Source: Thraustochytrium aureum
Taxonomy: Eukaryota
Assembly: GCA_012862495.1 (NCBI GenBank)
Contig: BLSG01000155.1
Location: 9,833-64,726 of the forward strand
DNA: 54,894 nt
Direction: 5' to 3'
In this document: positions 33,749 through 43,708 of the stretch, piece after piece
Position numbering within the stretch: position 1 is the first letter of the stretch
Layout: each line of letters begins with the position of its first letter
Position numbers and translations under genes: made by a program
Notes under the pieces: model-generated
Seen by the model: the letters and a program-made list of their open reading frames with translations, nothing else
Told to the model about the DNA's origin: nothing
Database searches by the model: none

Positions 33749-35753
33749 ATGGTGTCGGGCAAGGTAGCTGCAGCAGGAGCTGCGGTGGGCTCGAATGCGC
33801 GAAGAGTCCTGCTGTCTCCGGTGCTGCCACGTGGCGTGCAGCGGATTGACGCGAGGGACACGTTATTCGCGCGAGTGTGCGGGCAAGCTGCAGCTGACAC
33901 CTTGTTCTGTCTGACCAAGCGCTTCATGCTGCTTTACATCCTACCACTTACGACCGTGGTGCTGTGCAACGTGGGCGCCTCCTTGGTGTACCTGCCTGGC
34001 TTGCGGCAGTGGATGGGCGCCTTCGGGACGAGCTCATGCCTGGCGTTGGCAACAGTCTCGCAGATCTTGCTCATGTTGATCTGGGTGGCCCTGCTCAACT
34101 GCGATCTGGCCTTGCAGCTCCTGCGCAACGTTGATGCTTTCTATGTTGCGGCTACCATGTTCCTGTATGGAGCTGTCATGTGCAGCGCCTTTGGATGGAC
34201 TACACCAGAGGCCTCTATGTTTGCCATGAACGGCGTGGCGCTGGCGCTCTGGTACAGCCTCAACGACGCCAACCATCCCGCAGCGAAAGCGATCGTAAAG
34301 TACAACCACGTGGCCTTTTTCCTCAGCGGCCTGTTTGTTATGTACCTCGGATCTTTCGAGAGGAGCGGTGCGATGAGCAGCCTTGTCACTGGCCCTATAT
34401 TCGTTCTCCGCGTTGGGACGCACGACTCGGAGCTGGATCGGATCACATTAGGGCTGACGTTGATGTCCAACCAGACCCTCTGGGCCTTGAACGGGCTGAT
34501 TTGGGGCACTTTACAGCCGGGCGCGTTGATGCTGCTGCGCGCCCCGCTCCAGCTGAAAGAATTGAGCGAACCAAGTGGGACTGACGCCGAGACGCGCGAC
34601 AGCGGCCATCTAGTGCCGAGCGCTGGTGCGGCGAATGGGGGCAGCGCTCTCGCCAAAGAAAGCTCGCCTTTGAGGGACCACATGCGCCGTGGCCGATTTG
34701 TGGTGGACTGCGACCCGCGTTTCGTTCTTGACTACGAGGTGGAAATCAGAGGGTCTGTTGGACGAGCTTTACTAGGGTCTCGCCGCGCGGAAGCGTACTT
34801 TCGGTTTTGCAAGCGGGCCGCCATGCTTGAGGTTATGGCCTCGATCTCAGTTGCCCTGTCGGCGTGTGCGATTCTTCACATTTCCTCGCCAGCCTTTAGA
34901 CAGGCAACGGGCGACATGTTTGACTTTTCGGTCCTGCTCGCGGCAGTCGCTATCATCTTGTTCAACGTTCAGCAGACGCTGTTTGCGAACGCTGCTCTGC
35001 TCAAGTTGTGCATGGGCGAGTTTCAGGTAAGTGACCTCTCGGCCGCAAGCGTCAGCGCAGGGCTCACCGCTGCACTCCGCGCTCGCAGTTCTCGCTGACA
35101 AATTGCTTTGCTGTCCTGTTGCGCAGACCTGGTTTGCGATTTATCTTGGCGGAGCGGCATGTGGGAGTCTGACGCTCATGTTTTGGGGCGACCACCGCGC
35201 GTGGTTTTTCGTCGCGCTGGGGATCAATAGCACGCTATCAATTGCAATGACCGACTCCATGCACCGCCTGGGCCGTCGAAACCGCCGTTCGCGCAACCAG
35301 GCGGTTGCAATTCATACACTCGTTAGCGTCTGGGTTCTCCTCACGTTTCTTCTCTCGCCGCACGGGTTTGCAGAACCAGCTTCAAAGCGGGTGGTGCTCA
35401 ACCTCGACCTCTTCAAGGGCCTGACCGTCCGCGTCGACCTCTTCATGTATTCTGTGACCAAGCAGATAATCTTGGTTTTGTACATGTATGCAAAGACATG
35501 CTACTACCAGTTCAGGTGTCCCAGTGAGCTGGTCTATGTTGGCGCTACTCTGTACATCTACAAAATGGAGTCTGCGGACCACGTCGAAGCGCTGGACTGC
35601 GCCCGGCGCCGCGACCGCTCGACCATGCCTGCAAGCATCGTGCCGTTGAGCAAAATGCCCAGGGCACCGCTCGTCATGCGACGAAACCCGCTGCACCAGG
35701 CCGAACTGCCTCGCGGAAACCAAATTGCGCCTTCCACGGAGCCGCGCAATTAA
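33749..35753 (+). CDS. Uncharacterised multipass membrane protein, paralog 3 (634 aa after splicing)
   Basis: Exons 33749-35026 and 35127-35753 joined by a GT-AG intron after EFQ (GTAAGT..CTGAC..GCAG); intact. Shared motifs IDARDT, NG..L..WY...D..HP, LRAPL, PRF and TKQ. Confidence 0.88.
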
Positions 35754-36431
35754 AGCCTCTCGCTTTTGCACCCGCTTTTGCACCCTGGGGCGCAGGCGCG
35801 CTCGCCAATACCAAGGCTGAGCTGTCGACAAGCAGTGACAAGAAAGAGGCAATTCCTCGGGACCTCGCGCGCTTTCGGAACGCCCGGCGAAGCCCGGGCC
35901 CGCTGCATTGGAGATGAACAAGAGCACGGTTGCCGATTGGTTGCCGACGTGTTCGTCCTGGGCCGGAAGCATACAGCTGCATACTCGAGGAGTAGAGTAC
36001 CATATCGTAGTATCGTATCGTGCCAACTTGGTGCCAACCCAGTGTTTCCGCTTCCGTCCTTTCCTTTGCGCCGGCGAAGGCCGCGGCGGTACTTGTCGAG
36101 AGGCTTTGGTTTTGCGCGACAGGGACATGGGCAGGGAGGGCTGCGGATCGGCGCGTACCTGCTGGAGGAGGGAGGTGCTGCCGAAAGGCTCGACGCGCTC
36201 GCAAAACGAGGCCGGCATCAATGCAAGATCCTTGCTTTATTGCTTTACGTAAACGACTTGCTTGCTTGCTTGCCCACCGCTTTTCGCAGCAGCTTGTGAG
36301 GTGCGCTGCACGTTCAAAGCAACCTCGCCACAATCCCCAGCGGCGCTTCCGGTCGCTGGCAAGCAGCACGACTTCTAACAAACCGCTGAACACACCACGG
36401 CCACCAGCGCCTGCGCCCCCACGTTGCGCTG

Positions 36432-39400
36432 TTACGCCCCCCGGGCAGCTGCAAGCTGTGCGCCCCCACGCCCCTTCCGTTCAAGGAGCTGCCGCCGGCG
36501 ATGAACGAGAAAGGCGCCCCCAGCAGCAACAAGAGCCGCAAAGGTGAGCCCCACGCCCAATCCCGCTGCGCTAACCCCCAGGCCTGATGGCTCAGGACGT
36601 CGTGGTCGTCAGTGGTCTGCTCGACCGGCGCGCGGCCGCCGGTGAGCTGGGTCACGGTAGGGATGCGTCTGGCGTCAAACTGTCTGCGGAGCTCCGCTGC
36701 GCCGCGGTTCGTGGCAAGCATCTCCTGGACCTTGGCCGCGCTGAGGTTCAGGATCCGGTAGGTGACGACGAGGAGCGCGCTGTCATCGCCGAAAGCTGTA
36801 AAGTTTACCAACGTGGAGCCGCACACGACACCATTCAGGTTGGTCTCGCGCCTGATGTGGCTCGGAGCGCCGTGCAGACGTCGCCCAGGAACTTTTCGTC
36901 CTCGTGCACGGCCGCATTGAACGGTGTTGTTCCGAACCTAAAGGCGCTGTAGACAAATGTCTCCGAGACTTGAACATCAGTGACTGCCACGGAGCCCGCG
37001 GGCAGATCTGCAAACGCGGCGTCGCTCGCTATCAACCCGTTTACTTGGTTGAAAAACAATTGCTTGTTGAGGTTGACGCGATCCTGTTCAGCTTGCCTTG
37101 AGGCGGGGTCTTCAAAGACGGCATAGATATTGACGTCAAACTCCACGCTTCCAGGGACTGTGGAGAGACCGCGTCGATCTCCCAGAGACAACGGCTCTGC
37201 ACCCACCTTGCTCGACAGCACGCGCCCATTTGGGACAGCTGGCTTGGGCGTCCAGCCAATCGACGTCCGTGTGGGCGACTTTGTGGGGGACTTGGTCGTC
37301 GGTGCTTTGGTTGGCGACTTGGTCGTGGGCGACTTGGTCGGCGATTTCGTCGGCGATTTCGTCGTAGGCGACTTGTTCGGCGACTTGGTAGGTGACTTGG
37401 TCGTCGGGGACTTNNNNNNNNNNNNNNNNNNNNNNNNNNNNNNNNNNNNNNNNNNNNNNNNNNNNNNNNNNNNNNNNNNNNNNNNNNNNNNGGTGGGGGT
37501 TTCGGTGGTCGGTGACCATGTCGGAGACCTTGTAGGCGTCCTCGTCGGGGAATCACTTGGTCGCCCAGATTCGCGTGGAGTGGGCGACTTGGTTGGCGAC
37601 CGGGTCGTGGGAGACTTGGTCGGCGAATCGGTTGGCGATTCGGTTGGTGTTTTGGTCGGTGACGCGGTCGGCGACGCGGTTGGCGAATGGGTTGGTGTTT
37701 TCGTGGCGTCTTCGTCGGCGCCTTGGTCGGCGACCCGCTTGGGGATTTGGTTGGTGTCATCGTTGGCGATTTGGTTGGCGCCTTGGTCGGCGACCCGCTT
37801 GGGGATTTGGTTGGTGCCATCGTTGGCGATTTGGTTGGCGTCTTGGTCGGCGACTCGCTTGGGGACGTGGTCGGCGATTTGGTTGGCGAAACCGTCGGGA
37901 CTGGCGTGGTCGGGGACGTCGAAGGGCTACTTGTCGGGCCGGGCGACGGAAACGGTGTGGGCCTTCCCACGATGATCTGCGGGCTGCGGGTAGGCGACCT
38001 TGACGGCACGGGCGGGCGGACCGGTGTGAGTCCTGGCCAGTCATACGTCAAAAATGCCCGGAACCCTGAAACCGTGTTACATTGCTCAAGCGGGCCGCAC
38101 GACGAGTCTAGCGAGCACTGGGAAAACCGAATCGGCCGCGTAAAGAGAATCTTGTACGAGCTCGCGTTGAGCAGGAGACTGCCCCCGCACAGCGAAACGC
38201 CCTCCGGAAAAGCTGCAAAGTCCTCCCATGAAGCAGGGTCTCCCGGAACCTGCTGCACTTGGAGCACAACGCCACTCTGGCACTTTTGCAGCGATGTTGG
38301 GAGGGTATCGAGGGACGATGTGCAGTTTGTGGGCACCGACCCGGGGCTTCCAACGTCGTTGAAAGCCTCGATGGCCGCCTCCCAGCCAAACTCGCTGATG
38401 TCGTCCTCGCATTTTGTTCTCCCCGTGGAGCTCGAGCTGGATACCTTGCAAAACGCCTCGCGCAGATTGTTTTTGCGAAAGAGCTGCTTGCACTCGCCCA
38501 CGTCCACGTTTGGGAAGGCAAACGCGATGCAGAACTCGTCAAAGCACTCGTCGTACATGGCAGTAATGGTCATGGCCGGCTCGCACAGAATTCTTGCGAC
38601 GGCGAGGACCTCTTGTTCCTGGGGCACGGCTTCGACCAGCTTGCAAGCGTTGTCGACCTCGATGTGCGCAAAGTACGAGGCGGCCTCGCTCTCAGAGTGC
38701 ATCGGGTTCACGAGGTCGTTGGTGTAGCAGAATCCGCTTGGGTCGACGCGGTCTTGGATTTCGTCCGGCTCGACGAGGGCTTCAATGTTCAGTCGCTGAT
38801 TCCCGTACTGGTTGCCGCCGCGCTTCTTGGTCGCTGTGCAGCGAATGGTGGCCTGCATGCCGCTGTTCGCATCGTAGATCTGCCAGACGATGTCGTATGC
38901 ACCCTCCTTGCGCGTGCGAATCCAGTTGTCAACCCAGATAGGCGGCTGTGTCTCACCGTTCGGCCCGGAGAAGGTCCATGCTGCACCGAAATCGGTCGTG
39001 CCTGCGCCAGCACTGGCAAAGCAGCTCGAGCCAGAAATGGTAAAGTTGCCCGACACGGTCTGCATGACTGCGTGCCGGATCACGCCGCGCTCCTCTTGGT
39101 CAATCACAAAGGCAAAGCCCTCAAACTTGTACATGAGGAGCCAAGACGGGCCTGCCGAGGCGGGCGGCTGGCACGGGCCGCCGTCCTTCCAGTTCGCGGA
39201 CCACCCGTTCGCCTTCCAGAGGCAAGTGTTGCCCTCGTGGTCGCGCTGCTGCTTGCACGCGTCGGGCGTAAGCTGGCACGTTTTTCTCCGGGCGCGTGTC
39301 GCGCCCGTCGCAGAGCCGCCACGAGGTCTTGTTTCCCCAGAACGATATGCAGTTAGGGTCGCCGTAGCAGGTGCATGAGAGGCAGCATGGCACCTCGTTT

Positions 39401-40137
39401 GCGTCGCGTTCGAATCCAAGGCGAATGCGAATCGTCGTCCTCGAGCTCGTCTCGGGGTCGTCCACAAGGGCGCACCGCTCGACTGCGGCAAGGCCGGTGT
39501 TGGCACGGTCGCAGAAAGCCTCCTGCAGCCCGGTGACACGGCAGGCCCCGCCGACGAGCGGGTCGAGGGTCTGACAAGGTAGCGTGCGCACTGTATCGCG
39601 CAAGGGGCAGCACTTGTCAAGCGGTTCGAGGGGGATCACTTGGTCCCTCCCAAACTCTGCTTCGCCGATCATCGCCGGCGCGTCGCCGCAGAGGGGCGCC
39701 GGCCCGCAGTCGAGCATCGCGAGCGCGTCAGGGGGGGCGAGGGCGCGCTGCGCGCGACTCGCTTCGCTAACTATTCTGCCAAGCGCCTCGAGCCGAGCCT
39801 TGTTCAAGTCCTGGCTCTTCATCTCCAGCCGCAGGACGCAAGCGCTTGCGGAGGTCTCTGCGTCAGTCTCCACAGCAGGGGGCGTGGGAAGCGGGCTCGG
39901 TGGCAGCAGGCCGCACGACTCGCCTTCAAAATCATACGCGCAAGGAAACGTGCACCCTGCAGGCGCCTTGTCCCACGTCGAGCACGGCACACAAACCCCC
40001 ACTCGCTCCACCCCGGTCCAATCCAGCGTCCACGTGCACCCGGCCGCATTGGACACGCACCCCACGTATCCGCTCTCCCCTCCGCATTGGCCCTTGACCG
40101 CCACGGCCGCAGCCGCAGCCGCCACCACCCACCTCAT
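36432..40137 (-). CDS. Large cell-surface protein: signal peptide, Cys-rich and VWD-like region, Pro/Thr/Ser mucin stalk, juxtamembrane domain, C-terminal TM helix
   Basis: MRWVVAAAAAAVAVKG signal-like start; CLSCTCYGDPNCISF (VWD-type C...GDP...F); many Cys; PTKS repeats; TM GLGVGLTFAALVAAGGAFLVHRRR. Reconstruction needs several frameshifts (~39283, ~37700, ~37560, ~37250, ~36845, ~36580) and spans gap 37414-37491, so the 3' end is approximate. Confidence 0.7.
37262..37930 (-). repeat. Coding tandem repeat, 12-bp unit (PTKS/PTTS) with a 60-bp higher-order unit
   Basis: ggcgacttggtc-type units; near-identical 60-mers at about 37717-37776 and 37777-37836. Confidence 0.9.
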
Positions 40138-40264
40138 TCCCGCGAGCAAGGATCGCACTTCCGCCCCCAAATCCGCGACGACACCCCTCGGCCTCCACGA
40201 CCCACCACGGCCGCACTCCGCGCCGCCAACGCCGCCAACGCCCCGCCAAAGCCGCGTTGGGCGC

Positions 40265-40356
40265 CCGCTCGCGCTCGGCGTCCGCTCGCGCTCGGCGTCC
40301 GCTCGCGCTCGGCGTCTGCTCGCGTTGGGCGTCTGCTCGTGTTCGGTGTCTGCTCG
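40265..40356 (+). repeat. 17-bp minisatellite (CCGCTCGCGCTCGGCGT), about 5.4 copies
   Basis: Three perfect copies 40265-40315, then ctgctcgcgttgggcgt and ctgctcgtgttcggtgt. Confidence 0.9.
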
Positions 40357-41045
40357 AGATTGCGTGTGTCTCTCTCTCCCTTTCCTGTATGTATCGTGTC
40401 GCGCGTGTCTGAAAAAGCACACAAAATGGATGGAAGGAAAGGGGACAAGGTGCGTGCCAAAGAGCAGTTCTTTGCTCGCGCCGCCCTCGAGGGTGGGAGG
40501 GAGGGTTCTTCGCGGGAACCAGGGAACGCTCGCGGTGGTTCTCACACGTGGAACGTGGAGCTGTTCCTTGTGCGTTGTGCAGGTTCGCGCGGGAGGAAGG
40601 CNNNNNNNNNNNNNNNNNNNNNNNNNNNNNNNNNNNNNNNNNNNNNNNNNNNNNNNNNNNNNNNNNNNNNNNNNNNNNNNNNNNNNNNNNNNNNNNNNNN
40701 NNNNNNNNNNNNNNNNNNNNNNNNNNNNNNNNNNNNNNNNNNNNNNNNNNNNNNNNNNNNNNNNNNNNNNNNNNNNNNNNNNNNNNNNNNNNNNNNNNNN
40801 NNNGCTGCAAGAACAGACCCAGCACCACTCTAGAGGTGCCCAAGTGGTTGCCGACTCGCTCCAGGGCTCGCAGCGGGCGACAGCATCAGTTGAAAATTTG
40901 TGGCAGTGCGTCCATGCTCGATCGATGCATGGGAAGAAGGAGTTACCACCACCACTTTCCAACAAGGCAGCACTCTGAAACGCGGAGGCGTCGCCGGGGC
41001 AGCGCGGGACGAAGGACGCCAAGCAGCGTGGGCCAGGAAGACAGG

Positions 41046-42279
41046 ATGCCGCGCATCTCGCAGACGGTGCGGATTTGCGGGCACGGGATCACGCCGCTGC
41101 GCAATTTTCGCGGGTCGAAAACTGCGAGCGACCTGATGGGCGAGGCGCTGGAGAAAGCGCTCGGGTCGGCGCGACTGGGCATGAAAGACCTGGACGGGCT
41201 CATCGCGGTCCCCTCGCTGTCGCACCCGCACTTGATGGAGGCGCACTACTTGGCCACGCGCGTGGGCCTGCTCCGTCCAAGGACTTTCNGGTGCGCACGT
41301 ATCGACACGGGCGGCGCCGGGCCCATCACACGCTGCTCGAGGCCAAGCGCATGATTGCGAACGNGAACTGCGAGGCCGTCGCCGTAGTGGCCGGCGACGC
41401 CGTCTCCTCACTCAGCTCGGACGAGTTCCTGCGCCGCGCCGACGGCGGCATCGGCTCGACCGCGCTGCCCTCCCCCGTGATCCCCAACGGGTACAGCCGC
41501 GTCACAGAGTGGCAAATGCGCACCTATGGAGTGACGCGCGAGCAGCTCGCAAAGTGCAGCGTGCTCATGTCGCACCAGGCCGCGCGCCACCCGGACGCCG
41601 TCACCGAGCGCCGTCACACATTGCAGGAGGTGCTGAGAGCCCCAAAATCACGCCCCAACTCAACCTGCTCGAGTGCGCGCGCCGCATGGACGGCGCCGGC
41701 GCCGTCATCGTCGCCAGTAGCCGCTTTCTAGCCAAGAAGAACCTGCTCAATCGCGGCAACGGCGGCCACGGCGACGTCGTCGTCCTGTCCGGCGGCGAGG
41801 CCTCTGGGCCGCTCTACCCCCCACAGGTCATTGACGAGACCATGTTTTCCTGCGAGTCGGCGGCGCGCAGCGCCTACGCCGAGGCGCAGCTGCAGCCGGA
41901 CGAGATCGACTTTTTCGGCCTTTACGACTGCTTTCCGATCTGCCTGCTGCGGGCCGTCGAGAGCGTGGGCCTCGCACCAAAGGGCGAGGGCGGCAAGTGG
42001 ATCGATGAACAGTACGACCGCATCATGGAGGACGAAAACTACGTGGTTCCCGTCAACACGCACGGTGGCTTGCTGAGCTTTGGGGCGCCCTGGGAGGCGC
42101 CGGCCATGTTTTCTGTGATCGAGTCGATCCGCCAGCTCAACAACCAGGCTGGGGCGCAGCAGGTCAAGGGTGCGCGCCGCGCATGCGTCTATGGAAACGG
42201 GGGTATTTTCTCTAGCTCTGCAGTGGCCATTCTGTCCAAGGCCTTCACGCTCGACCCCGCGCAGTCGAGCCGCATGTGA
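41046..42279 (+). CDS. SCP2-type thiolase-like protein with non-canonical catalytic residues
   Basis: Thiolase fold motifs DLDGLI, EAVAVVAGD, YGVTREQLA, ECARRMDGAGAVIV, EIDFFGLYDCF, PVNTHGGLLSFG, YGNGG. Frameshifts at ~41330 and ~41645. Confidence 0.88.
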
Positions 42280-42478
42280 GCCTTCAGAAAACAAACAAAT
42301 TCTGCTGGACTTTGTTTATGGCTTGCCAAACCGTGGCCCCGAGAAACCTGACGACGACGTACTCTACTTTGCCCACAAGTCGGCCACACCCTTGAGTAGA
42401 AGAGCACCAACCAGAGCCGCTGGCTACGAGGCCAGAAGACCGACCCTTCCAAAAATGTGTGCAGCGCGACCAAAACGG

Positions 42479-43417
42479 CTATAGATCAAAGTCCATCTCG
42501 CTGCTCGTGACCCGCGTCTCCTCGGCTCGAGCCGCCAACGTGCCGCGCGTCTTGCCGAGCGGGTCTGGTGGTGCCATGCGGATTGGCTCGGGGGCTCCCG
42601 CCCCCACCTTCCGCGCCGCCACCTCGACCATCTCAAGCACTGAGGCCTTGGCCGCTTCTCGCTGCGCCACGGTACCCTTGACGTGCACCTCGCGCGTCGC
42701 ACTGGTCGCATCGGCTGCTTGCTGCACTTGGACACGCGCCCCTGTGCTTGCCTCGATCTCTTGGATTTTGGCCCCGCCGCGGCCGATAATGAACCGGACG
42801 GCATCCACGGGCACTTGAACCACCTCTGCGCCCCAGACGTCAGGGCCGCCAGCCGCAGCAGGGTCAGCGGAAGCCTGTTGCGAGCTATGGACAGCACCAC
42901 TAGCCGCGCCTAACGAAAACCCAGCGCTCGCGCCAGCGACAGGAGGTGCCTGGGGGGCAGCCGACGTCAGTTCGGCCCCAGCGGCGACAGCGGGAGGCGG
43001 CGGCGGCAAGAGCGAGGCGACTTGGCCGCCCACGCCAGGGCGCGCCCCAGTCTCTTCACAAAACTGCTCGAGGCGCTTGATCCCGTCCGGGTTGGGTATG
43101 AAGCAATTGCGCACAAACATAAACCCAATTCGCCTGTGCTCGATCCACTGCATGTCAAGGTCGCGCGAGGCCTGATGGTCCCGGTACTTGTCGTTGCTCA
43201 CAAGAAAGCCGTCCGTGCGGAAGGTATAGTCGAGCAAATACAGGTCGTCGTGCTCTCCGCTCGGCGCGCTGTACAAGAGCCCTTCCGCGACGAGCCTCTG
43301 AAGCACCTGAAAGTCGTCAGCCTCCCATTGCGCCGACCCCCAAACGCCCTGCTCGCGAGCGCGCATCCACCAGCTCGGGCAGATTCCCACCGGCTCCACC
43401 CCAAACTGCCTCCAGAA
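42479..43417 (-). CDS. Zc3h12a/Regnase-type NYN (PIN-like) ribonuclease with C-terminal KH domain; 5' end in gap
   Basis: APSGEHDDLYLL..DGFLVSNDKYRDH..WIEHRRIGFMFV..FIPNPD (Regnase/N4BP1-type DD and SND.YRD motifs); KH VPVDAVRFIIGRGGAKIQEIEASTGARVQV (GxxG loop). Confidence 0.88.
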   Translation of the reverse strand, partial: FWRQFGVEPVGICPSWWMRAREQGVWGSAQWEADDFQVLQRLVAEGLLYSAPSGEHDDLYLLDYTFRTDGFLVSNDKYRDHQASRDLDMQWIEHRRIGFMFVRNCFIPNPDGIKRLEQFCEETGARPGVGGQVASLLPPPPPAVAAGAELTSAAPQAPPVAGASAGFSLGAASGAVHSSQQASADPAAAGGPDVWGAEVVQVPVDAVRFIIGRGGAKIQEIEASTGARVQVQQAADATSATREVHVKGTVAQREAAKASVLEMVEVAARKVGAGAPEPIRMAPPDPLGKTRGTLAARAEETRVTSSEMDFDL

Positions 43418-43708
43418 NNNNNNNNNNNNNNNNNNNNNNNNNNNNNNNNNNNNNNNNNNNNNNNNNNNNNNNNNNNNNNNNNNNNNNNNNNNNNNNNNNN
43501 NNNNNNNNNNNNNNNNNNNNNNNNNNNNNNNNNNNNNNNNNNNNNNNNNNNNNNNNNNNNNNNNNNNGATCCCGCCGCTGCCCGCGGTACTCCCTTGGCC
43601 CTGCGCGCGCTGACCGGGCTGGCCTGGCGCACCGCAGCCGGCTCGCAGACCTGTTTGGCTTGCGTGGCCCCGCAGCAGGCGCGGCGCGCGAGTGCGTCGT
43701 TGGGCGAG

